A stretch of DNA of 64,000 nt from Gammaproteobacteria bacterium (GTDB lineage Bacteria; Pseudomonadota; Gammaproteobacteria; UBA6002), in the NCBI GenBank assembly GCA_020050845.1, contig JAGVJZ010000027.1:3331-67330 (forward strand), in the 5' to 3' direction. The position numbers were made by a program, and so were the translations under genes. Numbering within the stretch: the stretch's first letter is position 1; each line of letters starts with the position of its first letter. Below the pieces are notes generated by a model. It was not told the origin of the DNA, did no database searches, and saw only the letters and a list, made by a program, of their open reading frames with translations. Shown here piece after piece: positions 39,561 through 50,674 of this stretch.

Positions 39561-41789
39561 TCATTTAACTGACAATGCATCAATTTTGCGAATGCCTCTT
39601 GGCACAACGTGTCCTCTTCTTCCTCGCTCACCAAAGTAATGTTTTAAATCTTTAGATTTAATTTCAAAGTCCTTTTTGCCGGAATGAATAATTAGCGACT
39701 CTCCTAATCTTAAGACTTGGATATCAACTAAATAGTCCGCTTTGGTATTAAATTTGCTCGAAGGAATATTAATAATTTTATTACCCTTTCCTTTAGGGAG
39801 TTGTGGCAGAGCATCGACTTGAAATATCAACAAATGTCCTTCGGCGCTAACTGCTGCAAGCAAATCGGTTTTCAAATCGGACACTAAACGAGGTGCAAGC
39901 CCTTTTGCACCTTTAGGTAAACTTAAGATTGCTTTACCAGCACGATTTTTACTATAGAGATTTTCTAATGCAGTGATGAAGCCATAACCTGCATTGGATG
40001 CTAGCAGTATTAATTGGGTTGGTTCTCCCAATAACAAACCAGTAAAGATCGCTTCAGGAGGCGGATTTAGGCGTCCGGTTAGTGGTTCGCCCTGACTGCG
40101 TGCTGAAGGTAAAGTGTGGGCGGCTAGCGAATAGCTTCTTCCAGTCGAATCTAAAAATACTGCCTGTTGATTGCTGCGCCCCTTCGCTGCTACTAGAAGA
40201 GAATCGCCAGCCTTGTAGCTCAGATTCTCCACCTCAAATTCATGTCCCTTCGCCGCACGAACCCATCCTTTTTGGGAAAGAATGGCCGTAATCGCTTCAG
40301 CAGGTAACATTTCTTCTTCACGCATGGCTTGTGCTTCGGCACGTTCTACGAGTTTTGATTTGCGCTCATCGCCAAATTGTTCCATATCTTCACTGAGTTC
40401 TTTACGAATGAGTGCCTTAAGATGTTTTTCCGAGCCTAGTATTTTTTCAATCATAGCTTTCTCTTTAGCTAATTCTGCCTGCTCGCCTTTGATCTTAACT
40501 TCTTCAAGTTTAGCAAGATGTCGAAGTTTTAATTCTAAAATAGCTTCTGCTTGAATATCAGTGATCTTAAAACGTGTCATCAGCACCGGTTTCGGACGAT
40601 CTTCAGTGCGAATAATGTGAATGACTTCGTCAATATTTAAAAAAGCAATTAATAAACCATCTAAGATATGTAAGCGGCTGAGAACCTTTTCTAAGCGGTA
40701 TTCAAGTCGACGACGCACGGTAGCCGTTCGAAAGATTAACCACTCTTGAAGAATGGTTATTAAACTTTTGACTTGCGGTTTGCCATTAATCCCAACCATG
40801 TTGAGATTGATACGATAACTTTTTTCCAAGTCGGTTGTTGCAAATAGATGGGCCATTAAAGGTTCAATATCGACTCGATTAGATCGAGGTGTGATGACCA
40901 AGCGAGTAGGATTTTCATGATCTGACTCATCACGTAGATCTGCCACCATAGGAAGTTTTTTAGCCTGCATTTGGCCTGCGATTTGCTCTAAGACCTTGGA
41001 GCCGGAAGTTTGATGAGGTAGAGCAGTAATAATGATATCGCCATCTTCTTCAACGTACACGGCTCGCATTTTAATGCTACCGTTACCTTTGCGATAAATT
41101 TCAATGATGTCTCGTCGAGGTGTGATGATTTCCGCTTCGGTCGGAAAATCCGGTGCCTGCACCATTTGACAGATATCTTCTAAAGTAGACTTGGGATTAT
41201 CTAATAAATGAATACAAGCAGACGCAACTTCTCGGAGATTATGCGGAGGAATATCGGTTGCCATACCCACTGCAATCCCAGTCGCACCATTTAATAAAAC
41301 ATTTGGGAGTCTTGCAGGTAATAGAGATGGCTCATCTAAGGTGCCATCGAAGTTAGGTACCCAATCAACAGTGCCCTGCTCGAGCTCTGCCAGTAAGGTT
41401 TCGGCATACTTTGATAAACGTGATTCTGTATAACGCATCGCTGCGAAAGACTTAGGATCATCCGGTGACCCCCAATTTCCTTGGCCATCAATGAGTGGAT
41501 AGCGGTAAGAAAACGACTGAGCCATTAAGACCATGGCTTCATAACAAGCGGTGTCACCGTGTGGGTGAAACTTACCCAAAACATCACCAACTGTTCGTGC
41601 AGATTTTTTATATTTGGCGCCTGCTTTAAGTCCCAGATCAGACATGGCATAAACAATACGTCGTTGTACTGGTTTTAGGCCATCACCTATGTGAGGTAGT
41701 GCTCGATCTAAGATTACGTACATTGAATAATCTAAATAAGCTTTTTCTGTGAACTGTTTTAATGGGAGATTTTCAAACTCCGTATTCAT
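39561..41789 (-). CDS. parC: DNA topoisomerase IV subunit A
   Basis: GyrA/ParC N-terminal breakage-reunion domain with active-site Tyr region. 742 aa with a short C-terminal domain typical of ParC. Confidence 0.85.
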   Translation of the reverse strand: MNTEFENLPLKQFTEKAYLDYSMYVILDRALPHIGDGLKPVQRRIVYAMSDLGLKAGAKYKKSARTVGDVLGKFHPHGDTACYEAMVLMAQSFSYRYPLIDGQGNWGSPDDPKSFAAMRYTESRLSKYAETLLAELEQGTVDWVPNFDGTLDEPSLLPARLPNVLLNGATGIAVGMATDIPPHNLREVASACIHLLDNPKSTLEDICQMVQAPDFPTEAEIITPRRDIIEIYRKGNGSIKMRAVYVEEDGDIIITALPHQTSGSKVLEQIAGQMQAKKLPMVADLRDESDHENPTRLVITPRSNRVDIEPLMAHLFATTDLEKSYRINLNMVGINGKPQVKSLITILQEWLIFRTATVRRRLEYRLEKVLSRLHILDGLLIAFLNIDEVIHIIRTEDRPKPVLMTRFKITDIQAEAILELKLRHLAKLEEVKIKGEQAELAKEKAMIEKILGSEKHLKALIRKELSEDMEQFGDERKSKLVERAEAQAMREEEMLPAEAITAILSQKGWVRAAKGHEFEVENLSYKAGDSLLVAAKGRSNQQAVFLDSTGRSYSLAAHTLPSARSQGEPLTGRLNPPPEAIFTGLLLGEPTQLILLASNAGYGFITALENLYSKNRAGKAILSLPKGAKGLAPRLVSDLKTDLLAAVSAEGHLLIFQVDALPQLPKGKGNKIINIPSSKFNTKADYLVDIQVLRLGESLIIHSGKKDFEIKSKDLKHYFGERGRRGHVVPRGIRKIDALSVK

Positions 41790-41846
41790 CTTTGTTCTCT
41801 ACATTAAAGTAACTATTACAAGGCGTCGGCTACCGTTAAGTGCTTC

Positions 41847-41924
41847 CGTCGTCCCACAATTTGATCGCAGGATCCAGATTAAAGGGCACTTCGCTGGATC
41901 CCGCGATCAAGGCGCGGGACGACG
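41847..41924. repeat. Imperfect inverted repeat (31-nt arms, 16-nt loop) in the parC/coq7 divergent region
   Basis: CGTCGTCCCACAATTTGATCGCAGGATCCAG ... CTGGATCCCGCGATCAAGGCGCGGGACGACG. Confidence 0.5.
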
Positions 41925-42059
41925 CACGACAAAAAAATCACAAACTACGTTTGTTGCACAGAGTTTAAAGGAGGACACGTCTTTTTGCATAGCACTTTCA
42001 TGGCAATGTTTGTATTATGCGCCGTGGGCTCATGGAATAAATAAGCACTAGAGACTTCA

Positions 42060-42698
42060 ATGACAAAACATTATTCAGGCGTAGACCGCTTTATTATGGC
42101 ATTTGATAATGGGCTTCGTACGTTGTGTAAAAAAGCCATTGCGACTCGCAGTTCGCCAGCCCAGAACTTACAAGAATCTCCTTTACAAAATGAGTTGCAA
42201 AAAAAAAGTGCAGCATTGATGCGTATTAATCATACGGGAGAAGTATGCGCGCAAGCGTTGTACTATGGTCAGGCGATGGTGGCTAGCACATCCCAATTAA
42301 GAGTTTCTTTATTAGATGCAGCTCAAGAGGAAACGGATCATCTTGCATGGTGCGAAGAGCGGATTGAAGAGTTAAACAGTCATACCAGTTATTTAAATCC
42401 GCTGTGGTATGTAGGATCTTTCAGTTTAGGCCTAATTTGTGGTGCGATTAGTGATCGTTGGAGTTTAGGATTTGTTGTAGAAACCGAACGTCAAGTGGAA
42501 CAACATCTTAAAGAACATCTCTTGAAACTTTCCCCAGATGATCAAAAAAGTCGTGCGATTTTGGAGAAAATGTGTGAGGAAGAAGCTCACCATGCCACTG
42601 TTGCTCTGGGTGCCGGAGCAATGGAACTTCCAGACATTGTGAAAACAATGATGCGTGCTATGTCAAAAGTAATGACTAAGACAACTTATTATCTTTAG
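42060..42698 (+). CDS. coq7: Demethoxyubiquinone hydroxylase (di-iron Coq7 family)
   Basis: Co-linear with Pseudomonas Coq7 (MRINHTGEVCAQALYxGQA, EExDHLAWC, ETERQVExHL, EExxH). Confidence 0.9.
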   Translation: MTKHYSGVDRFIMAFDNGLRTLCKKAIATRSSPAQNLQESPLQNELQKKSAALMRINHTGEVCAQALYYGQAMVASTSQLRVSLLDAAQEETDHLAWCEERIEELNSHTSYLNPLWYVGSFSLGLICGAISDRWSLGFVVETERQVEQHLKEHLLKLSPDDQKSRAILEKMCEEEAHHATVALGAGAMELPDIVKTMMRAMSKVMTKTTYYL

Positions 42699-42721
42699 AA
42701 AAAGTTGAGACCGAAATCTAC

Positions 42722-43483
42722 ATGATTGAGTTTGATCACGTCAAAAAATCATTCGATGGTAACTACAACGTCTTGGATGACATTACCTTTAATGTTATGC
42801 CAGGTGAATGTCTCGTTTTACTTGGCAGTTCAGGTTCAGGTAAAACTACCACTCTAAAGATGATTAATCGACTCTTAGAGCCAAGTGCAGGTATAATTAG
42901 AATTAACGGCCAAGATGTTGCCACGTTAGAGCCAGTACAGCTTCGACGTTCGATTGGTTATGTCTTTCAAGGAATTGGTTTATTCCCTCATTTTACCGTA
43001 TCTGAAAATATTCAAATCGTGTTACAACTACAAAAATTTTCTAAACAGAAACAAATCCAACAAAGTCATTATTTTCTTGAACAAGTTAATTTAGATCCAA
43101 GTCGTTTTGCCGCTCGCTATCCTGCAGAATTATCTGGAGGCCAACAACAAAGAGTGGGCGTTGCTCGTGCCTTGGCAACCCACTCAGATATTCTATTAAT
43201 GGATGAACCATTTGGAGCTCTTGATGCGATTAATCGGGTAGCTTTGCAAAATGAAATTCTCACATTGAAAAAGAAAATAGCAAAAACTATTGTTTTTGTA
43301 ACTCACGACATTTATGAAGCGTTGCGTTTAGGGGATCGAATTGCCGTGATCAACCAGGGAAAGTTAGAACAGATTGGCACTAGAAAAGAAATTATGCAAA
43401 AACCTGCAACGGATTTTGTGCATGAACTATTCTCACAAGCAGTACATCAATTAAAAGAATTTATGGATGTACTTTATGTCTAG
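42722..43483 (+). CDS. ABC transporter ATP-binding protein (osmoprotectant/choline-type, no CBS domains)
   Basis: Walker A GSSGSGKTT, signature LSGGQQQRV and Walker B. 253 aa. Confidence 0.75.
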   Translation: MIEFDHVKKSFDGNYNVLDDITFNVMPGECLVLLGSSGSGKTTTLKMINRLLEPSAGIIRINGQDVATLEPVQLRRSIGYVFQGIGLFPHFTVSENIQIVLQLQKFSKQKQIQQSHYFLEQVNLDPSRFAARYPAELSGGQQQRVGVARALATHSDILLMDEPFGALDAINRVALQNEILTLKKKIAKTIVFVTHDIYEALRLGDRIAVINQGKLEQIGTRKEIMQKPATDFVHELFSQAVHQLKEFMDVLYV

Positions 43484-45035
43484 TTTTTTTGCTTTATTTA
43501 AAGCACAAGCGTATCAAGTAGTAGAGAGAACTCTGCAGCAAAGCTATCTGGCATTAAGTGCGATTTTAATCGCAACAGTTATTTGCATCCCCCTAGGAAT
43601 TTTAATTGCCAAGAAACCACGTTTGCGACAGTACGTATTAGGATTTAATAGCATAATTCAAACATTGCCCAGTCTTGCTGTGTTGGGTCTGTTATTGCCA
43701 GTTTTTGGAATTGGTATCAAAACTGCCTTGATCGCTCTGATTTTATATGCATTGTTGCCTATTATTAGAAATACCGCTGTTGGAATATTAAATATTTCAC
43801 CCGATTTATTAGAGGCTGCCAATGGTTTGGGTTTAACTCGATTTCAACGCATTCGATTAGTAGAGTTACCCCTGGCAATTCCTATTATCATCGCTGGTAT
43901 TCGAACTGCAACAGCAATGGCGATAGGGATTTCAACTCTTGCTGCATTGATAGGAGCGGGAGGCCTGGGTGAATTTATCTACGAAGGTTTGGCGTTAAAT
44001 AACGTTAATTTAATCTTATTAGGCGCTATTCCAGCTGCTTTGTTAGCATTATTTTTTGATTTTTTAATAGGGTATTTGGAAAAAATATTAACCTTAAAGC
44101 ACTTGCCAAGATCCTATTCTCAAAAAAGTTTTTGGCGAATGAGTTTGGTAGCAACCTGTGTTGTGATGGTATTTTACTTTGTTTTTGCACCTGCGAGTTC
44201 TTCACAGGAAAACATTGTTCGAGTCGGCAGTAAAAATTTCAGTGAGCAATTAATTTTAGGAGAAATTCTTGCTCAAATGATAGAAGCCAAAACAAATTTA
44301 AAAGTAGATCGAACGTTTAATTTGGGGGGCACGTTTATTTGCCACCGTGCTATTTTGAAAAATGAAATTGATATCTATCCGGAGTATACCGGGACCAGTT
44401 ACTCAGTGATTTTAAACGAAGCTGGCTTGCAAGATCCTGTACAAGTATTTCGATATGTTAGTGAAGCGTATTTGCAAAAATTTAATTTAGTTTGGTTAAA
44501 AGAATTCGGCTTTAATAATACTAATGCGCTTGCAGTAACGCAGCAGCTGGCACAAAGATATCATCTCAACAACATTGAAGATCTGGCTAGAGTTGCTTCT
44601 CAGCTAACAATTGGTGTGCCTGCTGATTTTATGGAAAGACCCGATGGTTTTATTGGTCTTAAGAATAAATATCACATCGAGTTTAAGCAGGTGCGATTGA
44701 TGGACGTGGGTTTAATGTATAAGGCACTTTACAACAATGAATTAGACGCAATTATGGCTTTTTCAACCGACGCACGTTTGCGCTCTTACAATTTAGTCGT
44801 CTTAACGGATAATAGGCATTTATTCCCACCCTATTATGCAGCTCCCGTCATCAGGATGAAATTTCTAGAACATCACCCTGAAATCTCCAACATTTTAAGT
44901 CCTCTTGCAGGGAAAATTACTAACGAAAAAATGCGACAATTAAATTATCAAGTGGATGTGATGCGACGAACGCCAGAGGATGTTGCAAAAGAATTCTTGG
45001 TAAAAAACCATTTGCTCGCAAATCTACCCCAATAA
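43467..45035 (+). CDS. Fused ABC permease and substrate-binding protein (OpuB/ProWX-like osmoprotectant uptake)
   Basis: N-terminal 6-TM permease domain with EAA loop, then a TM linker and a C-terminal OpuAC-like periplasmic domain. 522 aa. Confidence 0.7.
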   Translation: MYFMSSFFALFKAQAYQVVERTLQQSYLALSAILIATVICIPLGILIAKKPRLRQYVLGFNSIIQTLPSLAVLGLLLPVFGIGIKTALIALILYALLPIIRNTAVGILNISPDLLEAANGLGLTRFQRIRLVELPLAIPIIIAGIRTATAMAIGISTLAALIGAGGLGEFIYEGLALNNVNLILLGAIPAALLALFFDFLIGYLEKILTLKHLPRSYSQKSFWRMSLVATCVVMVFYFVFAPASSSQENIVRVGSKNFSEQLILGEILAQMIEAKTNLKVDRTFNLGGTFICHRAILKNEIDIYPEYTGTSYSVILNEAGLQDPVQVFRYVSEAYLQKFNLVWLKEFGFNNTNALAVTQQLAQRYHLNNIEDLARVASQLTIGVPADFMERPDGFIGLKNKYHIEFKQVRLMDVGLMYKALYNNELDAIMAFSTDARLRSYNLVVLTDNRHLFPPYYAAPVIRMKFLEHHPEISNILSPLAGKITNEKMRQLNYQVDVMRRTPEDVAKEFLVKNHLLANLPQ

Positions 45036-45824
45036 ATCTGTCAACATTTTTCCTGGTGAGTCTGCTTTCATTAAAGTTTCGCCAATTAGGAAAACATTCA
45101 CCTGGTGTTGTTGCATAAGTTCAATATCGTTTCGATTGCGAATCCCACTTTCACAAATAGCGATTCGACCGCTCGGAATTTTTTTGCTAAGTTCAATAGT
45201 GTGTTGCAAATTAACGGAAAAATCTCTCAGATTTCGATTGTTAATGCCTATCAGTTCTGCTTGAGTTTGTAGTGCAGCTTGAAGTTCACGTTCGTTATTA
45301 ACTTCAACGATAACGTCAAGCCCTAATCCAGTTGCAATCTCATAGAATTCAAGAAGCTGGCTAATGGACAACGCGGCTACGATTAGTAAAATACAATCCG
45401 CACCAATATAGCGGGATTCATAAATTTGATAGGGATCTATAATAAAATCTTTTCTGAGAATTGGGATTGATGTTGTATTCTTGGCTGCAATTAAATCCTC
45501 ATCACTTCCTAAGAAAAAGTTTCTTTCCGTCAGTATCGAAAGGCAAGTTGCGCCAGCTTGCTCATACTCGGCCGCAATGTTGCCTGGCGAATAATCCGCT
45601 CGTATTAATCCCTTGCTGGGGGATGCTTTTTTTAATTCACTTATGATTGCAATTTGTTTTTTTAGTAATGAGTTTTTTATTGCCACACCAAAAGATTTTA
45701 AATTAGACGGATTTTGTTTTATGAGATCAGTTAAAGTTAATTGATCTAGTTTAAGTTTCCGTTCTTCAATCTCAAGTCGTTTGTTGTCGATTATTTTTTG
45801 CAATATATCTTCATAGCTGGTCAT
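45024..45824 (-). CDS. trpC: Indole-3-glycerol phosphate synthase (monofunctional)
   Basis: 266 aa with IGPS barrel motifs. No PRAI fusion. Confidence 0.85.
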   Translation of the reverse strand: MTSYEDILQKIIDNKRLEIEERKLKLDQLTLTDLIKQNPSNLKSFGVAIKNSLLKKQIAIISELKKASPSKGLIRADYSPGNIAAEYEQAGATCLSILTERNFFLGSDEDLIAAKNTTSIPILRKDFIIDPYQIYESRYIGADCILLIVAALSISQLLEFYEIATGLGLDVIVEVNNERELQAALQTQAELIGINNRNLRDFSVNLQHTIELSKKIPSGRIAICESGIRNRNDIELMQQHQVNVFLIGETLMKADSPGKMLTDLLG

Positions 45825-46846
45825 TCATTTTTTCCTAGATTACTAAAACTAATGAGTTGTTGGAATTTCTCCCAGGCTTTTTTTTGAGACAACATTTCAT
45901 CGGCAATAATTACACCATCGTGAATGGAAGTTGCTAATCCGGCAACATAAATTGCAGCGCCTGCATTTAAGATAACAATATTTCTCGCAGGATGAGGTTC
46001 ATTACGTAACACGGCTTGAAGAATGGCTAAGCTTTGTTCTACAGTTTCAACACGAAGTTGATCAAGTGGGCACCGTTCTAAATTAAAATCTTCGGGTGAA
46101 ATGGAATATCGAGTAATAATCCCATCGTTTAATTCGACAACATCGGTACTATCTGCGCAGCTTATTTCATCCAAGCCATCTTTCGAATGAATGACAAGTG
46201 CTCGTTTACAGTTTGACTGAGATAAAACCTCTGCGGTCAACAATAACCATTTTGTATCAAAGACACCGATTACAACATGATCGGCTCCTGCCGGGTTGGT
46301 GAGCGGCCCAAGTAAGTTAAAAAAAGTGCGTATCCCAAGTTCTTTTCTAGGAATGACAGCATGCTTAGTTGCACTGTGATAGGTGGGAGCAAATAAAAAA
46401 CCAATCCCGATAGCGTCGATGATTTTTTTCACTTCTTCAGGAGCAAGCGTTAAATTGACCCCGGCTTTTTCTAAGACATCAGCACTACCGCAGCGACTTG
46501 AGACTGATCGGTTACCGTGCTTTGCAACTGTAGCACCTGCTGCAGCAACGACAAAAGCTGCGGTAGTTGAGATGTTAAAAGTATTTGACTGGTCGCCACC
46601 GGTACCTACAATATCGACTAGAGGAGAGCGATGCAGATGTAGTTTTGTTGCAAATTCTCGCATCACACTGACAGCTACTGCAACTTCGCCTATCGTTGGT
46701 TTTTTCATTTCAAGCGCTATTAGGAAACCTGCAATTTGTGAAGGCGTTGCTTGACCACTCATGATTTCTCGCATGGCAGCGCTCATTTGTTCTGAAGACA
46801 AATCTTCAAAGTTAACGAGTTTATGTAGAGCTTTTTTTAGTGCCAT
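45821..46846 (-). CDS. trpD: Anthranilate phosphoribosyltransferase
   Basis: GTGGD motif. 341 aa. Confidence 0.9.
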   Translation of the reverse strand: MALKKALHKLVNFEDLSSEQMSAAMREIMSGQATPSQIAGFLIALEMKKPTIGEVAVAVSVMREFATKLHLHRSPLVDIVGTGGDQSNTFNISTTAAFVVAAAGATVAKHGNRSVSSRCGSADVLEKAGVNLTLAPEEVKKIIDAIGIGFLFAPTYHSATKHAVIPRKELGIRTFFNLLGPLTNPAGADHVVIGVFDTKWLLLTAEVLSQSNCKRALVIHSKDGLDEISCADSTDVVELNDGIITRYSISPEDFNLERCPLDQLRVETVEQSLAILQAVLRNEPHPARNIVILNAGAAIYVAGLATSIHDGVIIADEMLSQKKAWEKFQQLISFSNLGKNE

Positions 46847-47426
46847 AGATAGATTCTAAAAAATTTTGTAAGAGTAGTTTGCCATGCTCAGTTAGAATGG
46901 ATTCGGGATGAAACTGCACTCCCTCGAGCAAATATTCTTTGTGCTTTAATCCCATAATTTCATCCATGCCATTGTCAGCAGACACGGTCCAAGCGGTGAT
47001 TTCTAAGCAATCAGGTAAGGTTTCTTTTTCAACAACGAGTGAGTGATAACGTGTTGCACTAAAAGGACTCGGTAGCTTTGCAAAAACTCCCTGTTGTTGA
47101 TGATGTATTTGCGATAACTTGCCATGCATTACTTGTTTGGCGCGTACTACCTTACCACCAAAAACTTGACCAATACTTTGATGTCCTAGGCACACTCCTA
47201 AAAGAGGGATTTCTTTTCCAAATTCTTTAATGACTTGCATCGAGATGCCCGCCTCATTGGGCGTGCAGGGTCCTGGAGAAATAACAATTCCTGCAGGCTT
47301 AAGCTTTTCAATGTCTTGAAGCGTGAGTTCATCATTTCGGTAAACAGTTACTGTGACGCCTAGTTCGCCTAAGTATTGCACCAGGTTGAAGGTAAAAGAA
47401 TCATAATTATCGATCATCAATATCAT
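46821..47426 (-). CDS. trpG: Anthranilate synthase component II (glutamine amidotransferase)
   Basis: Class I GATase triad motifs (GVCLGHQ ... HPES). 201 aa. Confidence 0.85.
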   Translation of the reverse strand: MILMIDNYDSFTFNLVQYLGELGVTVTVYRNDELTLQDIEKLKPAGIVISPGPCTPNEAGISMQVIKEFGKEIPLLGVCLGHQSIGQVFGGKVVRAKQVMHGKLSQIHHQQQGVFAKLPSPFSATRYHSLVVEKETLPDCLEITAWTVSADNGMDEIMGLKHKEYLLEGVQFHPESILTEHGKLLLQNFLESIYGTKKSST

Positions 47427-47456
47427 GAGATTACTCGACCTTATTCTCTGCCCAGT

Positions 47457-47478
47457 CTTCCCGCTCGAGGGCGGGAAG
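47457..47478. other. Short GC hairpin CTTCCCGC-TCGAG-GGCGGGAAG adjacent to repeat copy B
   Basis: 8-bp perfect arms around a palindromic CTCGAG. Confidence 0.4.
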
Positions 47479-47490
47479 AACTTCCTCTAA

Positions 47491-47572
47491 TATAATGCGT
47501 CGCGAAAAAATAAATTTTTCGCTAGCAATTAGGGGAAGAATTAGCATTCTCCCCCTAATAACCCCCATCGCT
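47491..47572. repeat. 81-bp two-hairpin repeat, copy B (between trpE stop and trpG start)
   Basis: About 97% identical to 24317-24397, with one G/A change and one 1-nt indel. Confidence 0.75.
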
Positions 47573-47578
47573 TTAATG

Positions 47579-49072
47579 TCAGCGGGAACTGTCATTATTC
47601 TCTGCAATATCAGCGGCTAGAAACAAAGCTTTTGCTTTGTTGATGCATTCTTGCCATTCGTTTTTAGGAATGGAGTCTGCAACCAAACCTGCTCCTGCTT
47701 GTACGTAAACGGTATCATCTTTGAATACTGCTGTTCGTAATGCTATGGCAAGATCTAATCGACCATGCCATCCCAAATAGCCAATCGCTCCACCATAAAT
47801 TCCTCGTTTGTCTGTTTCTAACTCATCAATGATTTCCATAGCTCTGATCTTTGGAGCACCACTCACCGTTCCCGCTGGAAAAGTGGCTCGTAGGATATCA
47901 ATGTCACTTGTATTTGGTTGTACTTCACCAACAACTGTAGAAGAGATATGCATCACGTGGGAGAATCGTTCGATGACCATTTGTTTTTCCATATGGACCG
48001 AACCAATTTTACAAATTCGACCAATGTCATTTCGTCCTAAGTCTATTAACATGAGATGCTCAGCGATTTCTTTAACATCTTTGAGTAATTCTCGTTCGAG
48101 GGCTGCGTCCTGCGCTGCAGTCTTTCCTCTAGGTCGTGTCCCTGCTAAGGGTCTAACGGTCACTTTATTATCTTCTAACTTGACCAAAATCTCTGGAGAA
48201 GCACCTGCGATGAAAAAATCTTCCATGTCAAAATAATACATGTAAGGAGAGGGATTTAATAAACGTAAAATGCTATAAAATGTTAGGGGATTAGTCTTAT
48301 ATGGACGGCTGAATCGTTGCGATAAAATTAACTGCATCGCATCGCCTGCCAAGAAATATTCCTTAGCTTTAAGAACATTCTTTTCATAATCCTCTACAGA
48401 AAAATTGGAATCAAATTGCGTTTTAATCTCATTGGAAGAGACTTTGGTTTCTTCTAGTTGCTGAACGACGGTTTGTTCTCGCTCTTTCAGTAGTTCAAGA
48501 GTCAATTGTTTGATTCTAGCGATTGCTTCGTAGTAGGCATTTTTATTTCCAGGTACATAAACAATCAAATAGAGTTTTTTTGCAAGGCTGTCGTAGACGA
48601 TGATTTCTTCGGAAAGTAGTAAAAAAATATCTGGCACTTTAAGAGTATCAGTGAGTGAGTGGTGCGCAAGCTTAGGCTCTATATAACGAATAGTGTCGTA
48701 TCCAAAATATCCGACAAAACCTCCAATAAAAAAATCTAAATGCGGCAAAGGTGGTACGTGATAGTTTGCTATGATTCGTTCGATTTCTTTTAAGGGATCT
48801 TTCGATATAAATTGTTCTTCAAGACAGCCATCCTGAATATAAGTTACCTGGAAGTCGGAGACAATAATTCGAGTGCGCGCAGACAAGCCAATAATGGAAT
48901 AACGTCCACTCTTTTCTCCAGAAACACCAGACTCTAAGAGATAAGAATAAGGCGTATTAGCGATGTGCTGGTAAAGATTTTGTGGCGAAGTTTCACCTGA
49001 TAACTCGACGATTAGGGGTAGCCAGTTATAACCGTGGGTTAACCATTCTTGAAATTGATCTTCAGCAATCAT
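47579..49072 (-). CDS. trpE: Anthranilate synthase component I
   Basis: Chorismate-binding family with the C-terminal conserved block. 497 aa. Context with trpGDC supports TrpE over PabB. Confidence 0.8.
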   Translation of the reverse strand: MIAEDQFQEWLTHGYNWLPLIVELSGETSPQNLYQHIANTPYSYLLESGVSGEKSGRYSIIGLSARTRIIVSDFQVTYIQDGCLEEQFISKDPLKEIERIIANYHVPPLPHLDFFIGGFVGYFGYDTIRYIEPKLAHHSLTDTLKVPDIFLLLSEEIIVYDSLAKKLYLIVYVPGNKNAYYEAIARIKQLTLELLKEREQTVVQQLEETKVSSNEIKTQFDSNFSVEDYEKNVLKAKEYFLAGDAMQLILSQRFSRPYKTNPLTFYSILRLLNPSPYMYYFDMEDFFIAGASPEILVKLEDNKVTVRPLAGTRPRGKTAAQDAALERELLKDVKEIAEHLMLIDLGRNDIGRICKIGSVHMEKQMVIERFSHVMHISSTVVGEVQPNTSDIDILRATFPAGTVSGAPKIRAMEIIDELETDKRGIYGGAIGYLGWHGRLDLAIALRTAVFKDDTVYVQAGAGLVADSIPKNEWQECINKAKALFLAADIAENNDSSR

Positions 49073-49746
49073 TAATGGGTTACTCGATTTAATTCTGATC
49101 GTAGGGAAGCGATTGTCGCATGATAATTATCAGTATGGAAAATACCTGTGCCTAATACAAAGGTATCTGCTCCTTCATTAGCAATTTCTGCGATATTTTC
49201 TACCTTAACACCACCATCGACCTCTAAACGAATCGGATGATTGCAATCCTGGATAATGTGATGTACTTGGCTAATTTTTCTGAGCGTTCCAGGAATAAAT
49301 GTTTGACCACCAAAACCTGGGTTAACAGACATGATTAAAATCATATCAAGTCGCTCTAAAACATATTCTAGATATTCCAGTGGCGTACTGGGATTAAATG
49401 CTAACCCTGCTTTGCATCCGCAATCCCTGATAAGTTGCAGACTTCGATCAAGGTGCTCAGTTGCTTCGGGATGAATTGTAATATAGGAAGCGCCAGCCTT
49501 AGCAAATTCTGTTATCAACGAATCGACCGGTTTCGTCATGAGATGAACGTCGATTGGGACTGTCACGCCATTTTTTCTTAACGCAGAACACACCATGGGT
49601 CCTACCGTCAGACAAGGAACATAATGATTATCCATCACATCAAAATGAATGTAATCAGCGCCAGCAGTGATTACATCATCGACTTCCTTGCCGAGATTTG
49701 CGAAATCAGCGGAAAGAATAGAAGCAGCAATTTTAGCGTCTCTCAT
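49072..49746 (-). CDS. rpe: Ribulose-phosphate 3-epimerase
   Basis: TIM-barrel Rpe motifs. Start set to the ATG at 49746. Its stop overlaps the trpE start. Confidence 0.85.
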   Translation of the reverse strand: MRDAKIAASILSADFANLGKEVDDVITAGADYIHFDVMDNHYVPCLTVGPMVCSALRKNGVTVPIDVHLMTKPVDSLITEFAKAGASYITIHPEATEHLDRSLQLIRDCGCKAGLAFNPSTPLEYLEYVLERLDMILIMSVNPGFGGQTFIPGTLRKISQVHHIIQDCNHPIRLEVDGGVKVENIAEIANEGADTFVLGTGIFHTDNYHATIASLRSELNRVTH

Positions 49747-49810
49747 TCGTAATTTTCCTTTGGTATTCTTAATTTTTAAAGGAAGGAAATATCCAGCCCT
49801 CAATTATCAA

Positions 49811-50599
49811 TTAAATCCCTCGTGCTTTACAAATAGTTTCATAGGCGCTTTTGATTTCTTGCGTTTTTTGTGTAGCAAGTTTAATCATTTCCTCTGGCAA
49901 CCCTTTGGAAACAAGTTTATCAGGATGGTTTTGACTCATGAGCTTTCGGTAAGCTTTCTTCAAGTCGGCATCGTTTATTGTGCGAGTAACTCCGAGTATC
50001 CCATAAGCTTTCTCGACTGGATCAATGAAGGGTTGCTGGGGTGTTCGTTGATGCTGTTGTCGGTAACCAGAATTTTGTTGATAGTGAAAAAAACGGTTGG
50101 AATTGATCCCCAAGCGATAACTAATATGTTCTAAGATACGTTGTTTTTTTAATGATAAGACCCCATCTGCATAAGCAGCTTGCAATTGAATTTCAAGGAA
50201 CAAGTGCAACAAGTTGGGTTGATGATAACAAGCAGTGGTGAGTTCCGTTAAAATGTCATCTAAATTGAAGTCTGCCTTTTTGCCTTGTTGAAAATATTGT
50301 ATAGCTTGTTGTCGAAGTTGTGGGGTGAGCATCATATTTTGCATGATTCGGGTAGCGGCACGAATTTCATTTTCAGAAACACGGCCATCTGCCTTAGCTA
50401 TGTAACCCATAATGGTGAAGGTGGCTCGAAAAAAGATATCTTGGGTTTGGCTATGTGGTCGAGTGGCTCCAACAAATGCCCATATACCTTGATGGCTATC
50501 AAGATATTGGGCAATGAGAATGCCAATAATAGCTCCGAAAGGACCACCAATTAGGTATCCTATCAGACCACCAAGTAATAATTTGCCTAACCTGTACAT
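49811..50599 (-). CDS. djlA: Co-chaperone DjlA (membrane-anchored DnaJ-like protein)
   Basis: N-terminal TM helix, a TerB-like middle region and a C-terminal J-domain with HPD (NHPDK). Confidence 0.75.
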   Translation of the reverse strand: MYRLGKLLLGGLIGYLIGGPFGAIIGILIAQYLDSHQGIWAFVGATRPHSQTQDIFFRATFTIMGYIAKADGRVSENEIRAATRIMQNMMLTPQLRQQAIQYFQQGKKADFNLDDILTELTTACYHQPNLLHLFLEIQLQAAYADGVLSLKKQRILEHISYRLGINSNRFFHYQQNSGYRQQHQRTPQQPFIDPVEKAYGILGVTRTINDADLKKAYRKLMSQNHPDKLVSKGLPEEMIKLATQKTQEIKSAYETICKARGI

Positions 50600-50674
50600 A
50601 ACTTACAACTTACAAAACGACTAACAACCAAGCATAATACCATTTAATGATTACAGAAAAAGATAGGTAAAATA

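Noticed and set aside
41749-42051. 100-aa + strand ORF in the parC/coq7 spacer
   Set aside because: It lies entirely over the inverted-repeat element and A-rich spacer. It has no RBS and a low-complexity, Arg-rich translation. Treated as non-coding.
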